Positions 44,040 through 59,500 of a stretch of 64,000 bases of DNA are shown here, in pieces. The notes beneath the pieces were generated by a model. It was not told the DNA's origin. It was given only the letters and a program-made list of their open reading frames with translations, and ran no database searches. A program made the translations under genes and the position numbers. Position 1 is the stretch's first letter, and each line of letters starts with the position of its first letter. This stretch comes from Eledone cirrhosa. Taxonomy: Eukaryota. The DNA is taken from positions 6,820,001 to 6,884,000 of the forward strand of contig OZ024745.1 in the NCBI GenBank assembly GCA_964016885.1. The letters are read 5' to 3'.

Positions 44040-47000
44040 ACTATTCTGGCTGTACAATATGGCAGCCAGTACTATTCTGGCTGTACAATATGGCAGCCAG
44101 TACTATGGTGGCTGTACAACATGGCAGCCATTTCTATGGTGGCTGTATAATATGGCAGCCAGTGCTATGGTGGCTCTAAAATATGGCAGCCAGTACTATG
44201 GTGGCTGTACAATATGGCAGCCAGTGCTATGGTGGCTGTACAATATCGCAGCCAATACTATGGTGGCTGTACAATATGGCAACCAGTACTATGTTGACGG
44301 TACAATATGGCAGCCAGTACTATGGTAGCAGTACAGTATGACAGCCAGTACTATGGTGGCTCTACAATATGGCAGCCAGTACTATGGTGGCTCTACAATA
44401 TGGCAGCCAGTACTCTGGTGGCTTTACAAAATGGCAGTCAGTACTATGGTGGCCGTACTATATGGCAGCCAGTACTATGGTGGCTGTACAATATGGCAGC
44501 CGGTACTATGGTGGCTGTACAATATGGCAGCCAGGACTATGATGACTGTATAATATGGCAGCCAGTACTATGATGGCTGTACAATATGGCAGCCAGTAAT
44601 ATGGTGGCTGTACAATATGGCAGCCAGTACTATGGTGACTGTACAATATGGCAGCCAGTACTATGGTGGCTCTACAATATGGCAGCCAGTGCTATGGTGG
44701 CTCTACAATATGGCAGCCAGTTCTATGGTGGCTGTACAATATGGCAGCCAGTACTATGGTGGCTGTACAACATGGCAGCCAGTACTATGGTGGCTGTATA
44801 ATGTGGCAGCCAGTGCTATGGTGGCTCTACAATATGGCAGCCAGTACTATGGTGGCTGTACGATATGGCAGCCACTACTATGGTGGCTGTACAATATCGC
44901 AGCCAATACTATGGTGGCTCTACAATATGGCAGCTAGTACTATGGTGGCTGTACAATATGGCAGCCAGTACTATGGTGGCTGTACAATATGGCAGCCAGT
45001 ACTATGGTGGCTGTACAATATGGCAACCAGTACTATGGTGACTGTACAATATGGCAGCCAGTACTATGGTGGCTGTACAATATGGCAGCCAGTACTATGG
45101 TGGCTCTACAATATGGCAGCCAGTACTATGGTGGCTCTACAATATGGCAGCCAGTACTCTGGTGGCTTTACAATATGGCAGCCAGTACTATGGTGGCCGT
45201 ACAATAGGGCAGCCAGTACTATGGTGGCTGTACAATATGGCAGCCAGTACTATGGTGGTTGTACAATATGGCAGCCAGTACTATGGTGGCTCTACAATAT
45301 GGCAGCCAGTACTATGGTGGCTGTACAATATGGCAGACAGTACTATGGTGGCTGTACAATATGGCAGCCAGTACTATGGTGGCTCTACAATATGGCAGCC
45401 AGTACTATGGTGGCTGTACAATATGGCAGCCAGTACTATGGTGGCTCTACAATATGGCCGCCAGTACTATGGTGGCTGTATAATATGGCAGCCAGTACTA
45501 TGGTGGCTGTACAATATGGCAGCCAGTTCTATGGTGGCTGTACAATATGGCAGCCAGTACTATGGTGGCTCTACAATATGGCTGCCAGTACTATGGTGGC
45601 TGTACAATATGGCCGCCAGTACTATTCTGGCTGTACAATATGGCAGCCAGTACTATGGTGACTGTACAATATAGCAGCCAGTACTATCGTGGCCGTACAA
45701 TATGCCAGCCAGTACTATGGTGGCTCTACAATATGGCAGCCAGTACTATGGTGGCTGCATAATATGGCAGCCAGTACTATTCTGGCTGTACAATATGGCA
45801 GCCAGTACTATGGTGGCTGTACAATATGGCAGCCAGTACTATGGTGGCTGTACAATATGGCAGCCAGTACTATGGTGGCTGTACAATATGGCAGCCAGTA
45901 CTATGGTGGCTGTCCAATATGGCAGCCAGTACTATGATGGCTGTACAATATGGCAGCCAGTACTATTCTGGCTGTACAATAAGGCAGCCAGTACTATGGT
46001 GGCTGTACAATATGGCAGCCAGTACTATGGTGGCTCTACAATATGGCAGCCAATACTATGGTGGCTGTTCAATATGGCAGACAGTACTATGTTGGCTGTT
46101 CAATATGGCAGCCACTACTATGGTGGCTCTACAATATGGCCGCCAATACTATGGTGGCTGTACAATATGGCAGCCAATTCTATGGTGGTTGTACAATATG
46201 GCAGCCAATACTATTGTGGCTCTACAATATGGCAGCCAGTACTATGGTGGCTGTACAATATGGCAGCCAGTACTATGGTGGCTGTACAATATGGCAACCA
46301 GTACTATGGTGGCTGTATAATATGGCAGCCAGTACTATGGTGGCTCTACAATATGGCAGCCAATACTATGGTGGCTGTACAATATGGCAGCCAGTACTCT
46401 GGTGGCTGTACAATATGGCAGCCAGTGCTATGGTGCCTCTACAATATGGCAGCCAGTACTATGGTGGCTGTACAATATGGTAGCCAGTTCTATGGTGGCT
46501 CTACAATATGGCAGCCAGTACTATGGTGGCTGTACAATATGGCAGCCAGTACTATGGTGGCTCTACAATATGACAGCCAGTACTATTCTGGCTGTACAAT
46601 ATGGCAGCCAGTACTATTCTGGCTGTACAATATGGCAGCCAGTACTATGGTGGCTGAACAATATGGCAGCCATTTCTATGGTGGCTGTATAATATGGCAG
46701 CCAGTGCTATGGTGGCTCTACAATATGGCAGCCAGTACTATGGTGGCTCTACAATATGGCAGCCAGTGCTATGGTGGCTGTACAATATCGCAGCCAATAC
46801 TATGGTGGCTGTACAATATGGCAACCAGTACTATGGTGACGGTACAATATGGCACCCAGTACTATGGTAGCAGTACAGTATGGCAGCCAGTACTATGGTG
46901 GCTCTACAATATGGCAGCCAGTACTATGGTGGCTCTACAATATGGCAGCCAGTACTCTGGTGGCTTTACAATATGGCAGTCAGTACTATGGTGGCCGTAC

Positions 47001-48330
47001 TATATGGCAGCCAGTACTATGGTGGCTGTACAATATGGCAGCCAGTACTATGGTGGCTGTACAATATGGCAGCCAGGACTATGATGACTGTATAATATGG
47101 CAGCCAGTACTATGATGGCTGTACAATATGGCAGCCAGTAATATGGTGGCTGTACAATATGGCAGCCAGTACTATGGTGACTGTACAATATGGCAGCCAG
47201 TACTATGGTGGCTCTACAATATGGCAGCCAGTGCTATGGTGGCTCTACAATATGGCAGCCAGTTCTATGGTGGCTGTACAATATGGCAGCCAGTACTATG
47301 GTGGCTGTACAATATGGCAGCCAGTACTATGGTGGCTGTATAATGTGGCAGCCAGTGCTATGGTGGCTCTACAATATGGCAGCCAGCACTATGGTGGCTG
47401 TACAATATGGCAGCCACTACTATGGTGGCTGTACAATATCGCAGCCAATACTATGGTGGCTCTACAATATGGCAGCCAGTACTATGGTGGCTGTACAATA
47501 TGGCAGCCAGTACTATGGTGGCTGTACAATATGGCAACCAGTACTATGGTGACTGTACAATATGGCAGCCAGTACTATGGTGGCTGTACAATATGGCAGC
47601 CAGTACTATGGTGGCTCTACAATATGGCAGCCAGTACTATGGTGGCTCTACAATATGGCAGCCAGTACTCTGGTGGCTTTACAATATGGCAGCCAGTACT
47701 ATGGTGGCCGTACAATATGGCAGCCAGTACTATGGTGGCTGTACAATATGGCAGCCAGTACTATGGTGGTTGTACAATATGGCAGCCAGTACTATGGTGG
47801 CTCTGCAATATGGCAGCCAGTACTATGGTGGCTGTACAATATGGCAGCCAGTACTATGGTCGCTGTACAATATGGCAGCCAGTACTATGGTGGCTCTACA
47901 ATATGGCAGCCAGTACTATGGTGGCTGTACAATATGGCAGCCAGTACTATGGTGGCTCTACAATATGGCCGCCAGTACTATGGTGGCTGTATAATATGGC
48001 AGCCAGTACTATGGTGGCTGTACAATATGGCAGCCAGTTCTATGGTGGCTGTACAATATGGCAGCCAGTACTATGGTGGCTCTACAATATGGCAGCCAGT
48101 ACTATGGTGGCTGTACAATATGGCCGCCAGTACTATTCTGGCTGTACAATATGGCAGCCAGTACTATGGTGACTGTACAATATAGCAGCCAGTACTATCG
48201 TGGCCGTACAATATGCCAGCCAGTACTATGGTGGCTCTACAATATGGCAGCCAGTACTATGGTGGCTGCATAATATGGCAGCCAGTACTATTCTGGCTGC
48301 ACAATATGGCAGCCAGTACTATGGTGGCTG
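44040..48330. repeat. Higher-order duplication with an offset of ~2511-2542 bp (81-82 monomers): ~44040-45820 repeated at ~46580-48330
   Basis: ORF pairs 44307/46849, 44338/46880, 44586/47128, 44617/47159 (2542); 45051/47562, 45547/48058, 45702/48213 (2511). Shared variants ccatttct, gacggtac, gtagcagtacagt, tatgccagcc, gctgcataa. Confidence 0.85.
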
Positions 48331-48459
48331 TACAATATGGCAGCCAGTACTATGGTGGCTGTACAATATGGCAGCCAGTACTATGGTGGCTCTACAATAT
48401 GGCAGCCAGTACTATGGTGGCTGTACAATTTTGCTGCCAGTACTATGGTGGCTCTCCAA

Positions 48460-51400
48460 TATGGCAGCCAGTACTATGGTGGCTGTACAATATGGCAGCC
48501 ACTACTATGGTGGCTGTCCAATATGGCAGCCAGTACTATGATGGCTGTACAATATGGCAGCCAGTACTATTCTGGCTGTACAATAAGGCAGCCAGTACTA
48601 TGGTGGCTGTACAATATGGCAGCCAGTACTATGGTGGCTCTACAATGTGGCAGCCAATACTATGGTGGCTGTTCAATATGGCAGACAGTACTATGTTGGC
48701 TGTTCAATATGGCAGCCACTACTATGGTGGCTCTACAATATGGCCGCCAATACTATGGTGGCTGTACAATATGGCAGCCAGTACTATGGTGGCTGTACAA
48801 TATGGCAGCCAGTGCTATGGTGGCTCTACAATATGGCAGCCAGTACTATGGTGGCTGTACAATATGGCAGCCAGTTCTATGGTGGCTCTACAATATGGCA
48901 GCTAGTACTATGGTGGCTGTACAATATGGCAGCCAGTACTATGGTGGCTCTACAATATGGCAGCCAATACTATGGTGGCTGTACAATACGGCAGCTAGTA
49001 CTATGTTGGCTGTACAACATGGCAGCCAGTACTATGGTGGCTGTACAATATGTCAGCCAGTACTATGGTGGCTGTACAATATGGCAGCCAGTACTATGGT
49101 GGCTGTATAATATGGTAGCCAGTGCTATGGTGGCTCTACAATATGGCAGCCAGTACTATGGTAGCTGTACAATATGGCAGCCAGTGCTATGGTGGCTGTA
49201 CAATATCGCAGCCAATACTATGGTGGCTCTACAATATGGCAGCCAGTACTATGGTGGCTGTACGATATGGCAGCCAGTACTATGGTGGCTGTACAATATG
49301 GCAACCAGTACTATGGTGACTGTACAATATGGCAGCCAGTACTATTGTGGCCCTACAATATGGCAGCCAGTGCTATGGTCGCTCTACAATATGGCAGCCA
49401 GTTCTATGGTGGCTGTACAATATGGCAGCCAGTAATATGGTGGCTGTACACTATGGCAGCCAGTACTATGGTGGCTATACAATATGGCAGCCAGTACTAT
49501 GGTGGCTGTACAATATGGCAGCCAGTACTATGGTGGCTGTATAATATGGCAGCCAGTACTATGGTGGCTGTACAATATTGCAGCCAGTACTATGGTGGCT
49601 GTACAATATTGCATCTAGTACTATGGTGGCTGTACAATATGGCAGCCAGTTCTATGGTGGTTGTACTATATGGCAGCTAGTACTATTGTGGCTCTACAAT
49701 ATGGCAGCCAGTACTATGGTGGCTCTACAATATGGCAGCCTGTACTATGGTGGCTGTACAATATGGCAGCCAGTACTATGGTGGCTGTACAATATGGCAG
49801 CCAGTACTATGGTGGCTGTATAATATGGCAGCCGGTACTATGGTGGCTCTACAATATGGCAGCCAGTTCTATGGTGGCTGTACAATATGGCAGCCAGTAT
49901 ATGGTGGCTGTACAATATGGCAGTCAGTACTATGGTGGCTTTACAATATGGCAGCCAATACTATGGTGGCTGTACAATATTGCAGCCAGTACTATGGTGG
50001 CTGTACAATATTGCAGCTAGTACTACTGTGGCTGTACAATATGGCAGCCAGTTCTATGGTGGCTGTACAATATGGCAGCCAATACTATTGTGGCTCTACA
50101 ATATGGCAGCCAGTACTATGGTGGCTGTACAATATGGCAGCCAGTACTATGGTGGCTGTACAATATGGCAACCAGTACTATGGTGGCTGTATAATATGGC
50201 AGCCAGTACTATGGTGGCTCTACAATATGGCAGCCAATACTATGGTGGCTGTACAATATGGCAGCCAGTACTCTGGTGGCTGTACAATATGGCAGCCAGT
50301 GCTATGGTGCCTCTACAATATGGCAGCCAGTGATATGGTGGCTGTACAATATGGTAGCCAGTTCTATGGTGGCTCTACAATATGGCAGCCAGTACTATGG
50401 TGGCTGTACAATATGGCAGCCAGTACTATGGTGGCTGTACAATATGGCAGCCACTACTATGGTGGCTGTCCAATATGGCAGCCAGTACTATGATGGCTGT
50501 ACAATATGGCAGCCAGTACTATTCTGGCTGTACAATAAGGCAGCCAGTACTATGGTGGCTGTACAATATGGCAGCCAGTACTATGGTGGCTCTACAATAT
50601 GGCAGCCAATACTATGGTGGCTGTTCAATATGGCAGACAGTACTATGTTGGCTGTTCAATATGGCAGCCACTACTATGGTGGCTCTACAATATGGCCGCC
50701 AATACTATGGTGGCTGTACAATATGGCAGCCAGTACTATGGTGGCTGTACAATATGGCAGCCAGTGCTATGGTGGCTCTACAATATGGCAGCCAGTACTA
50801 TGGTGGCTGTACAATATGGCAGCCAGTTCTATGGTGGCTCAACAATATGGCAGCTAGTACTATGGTGGCTGTACAATATGGCAGCCAGTACTATGGTGGC
50901 TCTACAATATGGCAGCCAATACTATGGTGGCTGTACAATACGGCAGCTAGTACTATGTTGGCTGTACAACATGGCAGCCAGTACTATGGTGGCTGTACAA
51001 TATGTCAGCCAGTACTATGGTGGCTGTACAATATGGCAGCCAGTACTATGGTGGCTGTATACTATGGTAGCCAGTGCTATGGTGGCTCTACAATATGGCA
51101 GCCAGTACTATGGTAGCTGTACAATATGGCAGCCAGTGCTATGGTGGCTGTACAATATCGCAGCCAATACTATGGTGGCTCTACAATATGGCAGCCAGTA
51201 CTATGGTGGCTGTACGATATGGCAGCCAGTACTATGGTGGCTGTACAATATGGCAACCAGTACTATGGTGACTGTACAATATGGCAGCCAGTACTATTGT
51301 GGCCCTACAATATGGCAGCCAGTGCTATGGTCGCTCTACAATATGGCAGCCAGTTCTATGGTGGCTGTACAATATGGCAGCCAGTAATATGGTGGCTGTA

Positions 51401-52360
51401 CACTATGGCAGCCAGTACTATGGTGGCTATACAATATGGCAGCCAGTACTATGGTGGCTGTACAATATGGCAGCCAGTACTATGGTGGCTGTATAATATG
51501 GCAGCCAGTACTATGGTGGCTGTACAATATTGCAGCCAGTACTATGGTGGCTGTACAATATTGCATCTAGTACTATGGTGGCTGTACAATATGGCAGCCA
51601 GTTCTATGGTGGTTGTACTATATGGCAGCTAGTACTATTGTGGCTCTACAATATGGCAGCCAGTACTATGGTGGCTCTACAATATGGCAGCCTGTACTAT
51701 GGTGGCTGTACAATATGGCAGCCAGTACTATGGTGGCTGTACAATATGGCAGCCAGTACTATGGTGGCTGTATAATATGGCAGCCGGTACTATGGTGGCT
51801 CTACAATATGGCAGCCAGTTCTATGGTGGCTGTACAATATGGCAGCCAGTATATATTGGCTGTACAATATGGCAGTCAGTACTATGGTGGCTTTACAATA
51901 TGGCAGCCAATACTATGGTGGCTGTACAATATTGCAGCCAGTACTATGGTGGCTGTACAATATTGCAGCTAGTACTACTGTGGCTGTACAATATGGCAGC
52001 CAGTTCTATGGTGGCTGTACAATATGGCAGCCAATACTATTGTGGCTCTACAATATGGCAGCCAGTACTATGGTGGCTGTACAATATGGCAGCCAGTACT
52101 ATGGTGGCTGTACAATATGGCAACCAGTACTATGGTAGCTGTATAATATGGCAGCCAGTACTATGGTGGCTCTACAATATGGCAGCCAATACTATGGTGG
52201 CTGTACAATATGGCAGCCAGTACTCTGGTGGCTGTACAATATGGCAGCCAGTGCTATGGTGCCTCTACAATATGGCAGCCAGTGATATGGTGGCTGTACA
52301 ATATGGTAGCCAGTTCTATGGTGGCTCTACAATATGGCAGCCAGTACTATGGTGGCTGTA
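48460..52360. repeat. Tandem higher-order duplication with a unit of 1952 bp (63 monomers minus 1 bp): ~48460-50410 then ~50410-52360
   Basis: ORF pairs 48647/50599, 49122/51074, 49174/51126, 49329/51281, 49661/51613, 50258/52210 all differ by 1952. Both copies carry a 30-bp monomer (near 49899 and 51852). Confidence 0.92.
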
Positions 52361-53519
52361 CAATATGGCAGCCAGTACTATGGTGGCTCTACAATATGCC
52401 AGCCAGTACTATTCTGGCTGTACAATATGGCAGCCAGTACTATTCTGGCTGTACAATATGGCAGCCAGTACTATGGTGGCTCTACAATATGGCAGCCATT
52501 TCTATGGTGGCTGTATAATATGGCAGCCAGTGCTATGGTGGCTCTACAATATGGCAGCCAGTACTATGGTGGCTGTACAATATGGCAGCCAGTGCTATGG
52601 TGGCTGTACAATATCGCTGCCGATACTATGGTGGCTGTACAATATGGCAACCAGTACTATGGTGACGGTACAATATGGCAGCCAGTTCTATGGTAGCAGT
52701 ACAGTATGGCAGCCAGTACTATGGTGGCCCTACAATATGGCAGCCAGTACTATGGTGGCTCTACAATATGGCAGCCAGTACTCTGGTGGCTTCACAATAT
52801 GGCAGTCTGTACTATGGTGGCCGTACTATATGGCAGCCAGTACTATGGTGGCTGTACAATATGGCAGCCAGTACTATGGTGACTGTACAATATGGCAGCC
52901 AGGACTATGATGACTGTATAATATGGCAGCCAGTACTATGATGGCTGTACAATATGGCAGCCAGTAATATGGTGGCTGTACAATATGGCAGCCAGTACTA
53001 TGGTGACTGTACAATATGGCAGCCAGTACTATGGTGGCTCTACAATATGGCAGCCAGTGCTATGGTGGCTCTACAATATGGCAGCCAGTCCTATGGTGGC
53101 TGTACAATATGGCAGCCAGTACTATGGTGGCTGTACAATATGGCAGCCAGTACTATGGTGGCTGTATAATGTGGCAGCCAGTGCTATGGTGGCTCTACAA
53201 TATGGCAGCCAGTGCTATGGTGGCTGTAAAATATGGCAGCCACTACTATGGTGGCTGTACAATATCGCAGCCAATACTATGGTGGCTCTACAATATGGCA
53301 GCCAGTACTATGGTGGCTGTACAATATGGCAGCCAGTACTATGGTGGCTGTACAATATGGCAACCAGTACTATGGTGACTGTACAATATGGCAGCCAGTA
53401 CTATGGTGGCTGTACAATATGGCAGCCAGTACTATGGTGGCTCTACAATATGGCAGCCAGTACTATGGTGGCTCTACAATATGGCAGCCAGTACTATGGT
53501 GGCTATACAATATGGCAGC

Positions 53520-56500
53520 CAGTACTATGGTGGCTGTACAATATGGCAGCCAGTACTATGGTGGCTGTACAATATGGCAGCCAGTACTATGGTGGCTGTA
53601 CAATATTGCAGCCAGTACTATGGTGGCTGTACAATATTGCAGCTAGTACTATGGTGGCTGTACAATATGGCAGCCAGTTGTATGGTGTTTGTACAATATG
53701 GCAGCCAGTACTATTGTGGCTCTACAATATGGCAGCCAGTACTATGGTGGCTCTACAATATGGCAGCCAGTACTATGGTGGCTGTACAATATGGCAGCCA
53801 GTACTATGGTGGCTGTACAATATGGCATCCAGTACTATGGTGGCTGTATAATATGGCAGCCAGTACTATGGTGGCTCTACAATATGGCAGCCAGTACTAT
53901 GGTGGATGTACAATATGGCAGCCAGTATATGGTGGCTGTACAATATGGCAGTCAGTACTATGGTGGCTCTACAATATGGCAGCCAATACTATGGTGGCTG
54001 TACAATATTGCAGCCAGTACTATGGTGGCTGTACAATATTGCAGCTAGTACTATGGTGGCTGTACAATATGGCAGCCAGTTCTATGGTGGTTGTACAATA
54101 TGGCAGCCAGTACTATTGTGGCTCTACAATATGGCAGCCAGTACTATGGTGGCTCTACAATATGGCAGCCAGTACTATGGTGGCTGTACAATATGGCAGC
54201 CAGTACTATGGTGGCTGTACAATATGGCAACCAGTACTATGGTGGCTGTATAATATGGCAGCCAGTACTATGGTGGCTCTACAATATGGCAGCCAATACT
54301 ATGGTGGCTGTACAATATGGCAGCCAGTACTCTGGTGGCTGTACAATATGGCAGCCAGTACTATGGTGGCTGTACAATATGTCAGCCAGTTCTATGGTGG
54401 CTCTACAATATGGCAGCCAGTACTATTCTGGCTGTACAATATGGGAGCCAGTACTATGGTGGCTGTACAATATGGCAGCCATTTCTATGGTGGCTGTATA
54501 ATATGGCAGCCAGTGCTATGGTGGCTCTACAATATGGCAGCCAGTAGTATGGTGGCTATACAATATGGCAGCCAGTACTATGGTGGCTGTACAATATGGC
54601 AGCCAGTGCTATGGTGGCTGTACAATATCGCAGCCAATACTATGGTTGCTCTACAATATGGCAGCCAGTACTATGGTGGCTGTACAATATGGCAGCCAGT
54701 ACTATGGTGCCTGTACAATATGGCAACCAGTACTATGGTGACTGTACAATATGGCAGCCAGTACTATGGTAGCAGTACAATATCGCAGCCAGTACTATGG
54801 TGGCTCTACAATATGGCAGCCAGTACTATGGTGGCTCTACAATATGGCAGCCAGTACTCTGGTGGGTTTACAATATGGCAGCCAGTACTATGGTGGCCGT
54901 ACTATATGGCAGCATGTACTATGGTGGCTGTACAATATGGCAGCCAGTACTATGGTGGCTGTACAATATGGCAGCCAGGACTATGATGACTGTATAATAT
55001 GGCAGCCAGTACTATGGTGGCTCTACAATATGGCAGCCAGTGCTATGGTGGCTCTACAATATGGCAGCCAGTTCTATCGTGACTGTACAATATGGCAGCC
55101 AGTACTATGGTGGCTGTACAATATGGCAGCCAGTACTATGGTGGCTCTACAATATGGCAGCCAGTACTATGGTGGCTCTACAATATGGCAGCCAGTGCTA
55201 TGGTGGCTGTACAATATGGCAGCCAGTAATATGGTGGCTGTACAATATGGCAGCCAGTAATATGGTGACTGTACAATATGGCAGCCAGTTCTATGGTGGC
55301 TCTACAATATGGCAGCCAGTACTATGGTGGCTGTACAATATGGCAGCCAGTACTATGGTGACTGTACAATATGGCAGCCAGTACTATGGTGGCTCTACAA
55401 TATGGCAGCCAGTGCTATGGTGGCTCTACAATATGGCAGCCAGTTCTATGGTGGCTGTACAATATGGCAGCCAGTAATATGGTGGCTGTACAATATGGCA
55501 GCCAGTACTATGGTGGCTATACAATATGGCAGCCAGTACTATGGTGGCTGTAGAATATGGCAGCCAGTACTATGGTGGCTCTACAATATGGCAGCCAGTA
55601 CTATGGTGGCTGTACAATATGGCAGCCAGTTCTATGGTGGCTCTACAATATGGCAGCCAGTACTATGGTGGCTGTACAATATGGCAGCCAGTACTATTCT
55701 GGCTGTACAATATGGCAGCCAGTACTATGGTGGCTGTATAATATGGCAGCCAGTTCTACGGTGGCTCTACAATATGGCTGCCAGTCCTATTCTGGCTGTA
55801 CAATATGGCAGCCAGTACTATGGTGGCTCTACAATATGGCAGCCACTACTATGGTGGCTCTACAATATGGCAGCCAGTACTATGGTGGCTCTACAATATG
55901 GCAGCCAGTACTATGGTGGCTGTACAATATGGCAGCCAGTACTATGATGGCTGTATAATATGGCAGCCAGTACTATGGTGGCTCTACAATATGGCAGCCA
56001 ATACTATGGTGACTGTACAATATGGCAGCCAGTACTATGGTGGCTGTACAATATGGCAGCCAGTACTATTCTGGCTGTACAATATGGCAGCCAGTACTAT
56101 GGTGGCTGTACAATATGGCATCCAGTACTATGGTGGCTCTACAATATGGCAGCCAGTACTATTCTGGCTGTACAATATGCCAGCCAGTACTATTCTGGCT
56201 GTACAATATGGCAGCCAGTACTATGGTGGCTGTACAATATGGCAGCCAGTACTATGGTGGTTGTATAATATGGCAGCCAGTACTATGGTGGCTGTATAAT
56301 ATGGCAGCCAGTACTATGGTGGCTGTACAATATGGCAGCCAGTACTACGGTGGCTCTAAATATTGCAGCCAGTGCTATGGTGGCTGTACAATATGACAGC
56401 CAGTACTATGGTGGCTGTACAATATGGCAGCCAGTACTATGGTGGCCGTACAATATGGCAGCCAGTACTATTCTGGCTGTACAATATGGCAGCCAGTACT

Positions 56501-59500
56501 ATTCTGGCTGTACAATATGGCAGCCATTACTATGGTGGCTCTACAATATGGCAGCCAGTACTATGGTGGCTGTACAATATGGCAGCCAGTACTATGGTGA
56601 CTCTACAATATGGCAGCCAGTACTATGGTGGCTGTATAATATGGCAGCCAGTACTATGGTGGCTGTACAATATGGCAGCCAGTACTATGGTGGCTCTACA
56701 ATATGGCAGCCAGTACTATGGTGGCTGTACAATATGGCAGCCAGTACTATGGTGGCTCTACAATATGGCAGCCAGTACTATGGTGGCTGTATAATATGGC
56801 AGCCAGTACTATGGTGGCTGTACAATATGGCAGCCAGTTCTACGGTGGCTGTACAATATGGCAGCCAGTACTATGGTGGCTCTACAATATGGCAGCCAGT
56901 ACTATGGTGGCTGTACAATATGGCAGCCAGTACTATTCTGGCTGTACAATATGGCAGCCAGTACTATGGTGACTGTACAATATGGCAGCCAGTACTATGG
57001 TGGCTGTACAATATGGCAGCCAGTACTATGGTGGCTCTACAATATGGCAGCCAGTACTATGGTGGCTGTATAATATGGCAGCCAGTACTATTCTGGCTGT
57101 ACAATGTGGCAGACAGTACTTTGGTGGCTGTACAATATGGCAGCCAGTACTATGGTGGGTGTACAATATGGCAGCCAGTTCTATGGTGGTTGTACAATAT
57201 GGCAGCCAGTACTATTGTGGCTCTACAATATGGCAGCCAGTACTATGGTGGCTCTAAAATATGGCAGCCAGTACTATGGTGGCTGTACAATATGGCAGCC
57301 AGTACTATGGTGGCTGTATAATATGGCAGCCAGTACTATGGTGGCTCTACAATATAGCAGCCAATACTATGGTGGATGTACAATATGGCAGCCAGTACTA
57401 TGGTGTCTGTACAATATGGCAGCCAGTGCTATGTTGGCTCTACAATATGGCAGCCAGTACTATGGTGGCTGTACAATATGGCAGCCAGTTCTATGGTGGC
57501 TCTAGAATATGGCAGCCAGTACTATGGTGGCTGTACAATATGGCAGCCAGTACTATGGTGGCTGTATACTATGGCAGCCAGTGCTATGGTGGCTCTACAA
57601 TATGGCAGCCAGTACTATGGTGGCTGTACAATATCGCAGCCAATACTATGGTGGCTCTACAATATGGCAGCCAGTACTAATGTGGCTGTACAATATGGCA
57701 GCCAGTACTATGGTGGCTGTACAATATGGCAACCAGTACTATGGTGACTGTACAATATGGCAGCCAGTAATATTGTGGCTGTACAATATGGCAGCCAGTA
57801 CTATGGTGGCTCTACAATATGGCAGCCAGTACTATGGTGGCTCTACAATATGGCAGCCAGTACTATGGTGGCTGTACAATATGGCAGCCAGTACTATGGT
57901 GGCTGTACAATATGGCAGCCAGTACTATGGTGGCTGTACAATATGGCAGCCAGTACTATGGTGACTGTACAATATCGCAGCCAATACTATGGTGGCTGTA
58001 CAATATGGCAACCAGTACTATGGTGACGGTACAATATGGCAGCCAGTACTATGGTAGCAGTACACTATGGCAGCCAGTACTATGGTGGCTCTACAATATG
58101 GCAGCCAGTACTATGGTGGCTCTACAATATGGCAGCCAGTACTCTGGTGGCTTTACAATATGGCAGTCAGTACTTTGGTGGCCGTACTATATGGCAGCCA
58201 GTACTATGGTGGCTGCACAATATGGCAGCCAGGACTATGATGACTGTATAATATGGCAGCCAGTACTATGGTGGCTGTACAATATGGCAGCCAGTACTAT
58301 GGTGACTGTACAATATGGCAGCCAGTACTATGGTGGCTCTACAATATGGCAGCCAGTGCTATGGTGGCTCTACAATATGGCAGCCAGTTCTATGGTGGCT
58401 GTATAATGTGGCAGCCAGTGCTATGGTGGCTCTACAATATGGCAGCCAGTACTATGGTGGCTGTACAATATGGCAGCCAGTACTATGGTGGCTGTACAAT
58501 ATGGCAGCCAGTACTATGGTGGCTGTACAATATGGCAGCCAGTACTATGGTGACTGTACAATATGGCAGCCAGTACTATGGTGGCTCTACAATATGGCAG
58601 CAAAGTACTATGGTGGCTCTACAATATGGCAGCCAGTACTATGGTGGCTCTACAATATGGCAGCCAGTACTATGGTGGCTCTACAATATGGCAGCCAGTA
58701 CTCTGGTGGCTTTACAATATGGCAGCCAGTACTATGGTGGCCGTACAATATGGCAGCCAGTACTATGGTGGCTGTACAATATGGCAGCCAGTACTATGGT
58801 GGCTGCACAATATGGCAGCCAGTACTATGGTGGCTGTACAATATGGCAGCCAGGACTATGATGACTGTATAATATGGCAGCCAGTACTATGGTGGCTGTA
58901 CAATATGGCAGCCAGTACTATGGTAACTGTACTATATGGCAGCCAGTGCTATGGTGGCTCTACAATATGGCAGCAAAGTACTATGGTGGCTCTACAATAT
59001 GGCAGCCAGTACTATGGTGGCTCTACAATATGGCAGCCAGTACTATGGTGGCTGTACAATATGGCAGCCAGTACTATGGTGGCTGTAGAATATGGCAGCC
59101 AGTACTATGGTGGCTGTACAATATGGCAGCCAATACTATGGTGGCTGTACAATATGGCAGCCAGTACTATTCTGGCTGTACAACATGGCAGTCAGTACTA
59201 TGGTGGCTCTACAATATGGCAGCCAATACTATGGTGGCTGTACAATATTGCAGCTAGTACTATGGTGGCTGTACAATATGGCAGCCAGTACTATGGTGGC
59301 TCTACAATATGGCAGCCAGTACTCTGGTGGCTTTACAATATGGCAGCCAGTACTATGGTGGCCGTAAAATATGGCAGCCAGTACTATGGTGGCTGTACAA
59401 TATGGCAGCCAGTACTATGGTGGCTGTACAATATGGCAGCCAGGACTATGGTGGCTCTACAATATGGCAGCCAGTGCTATGGTGGCTCTACAATATGGCA

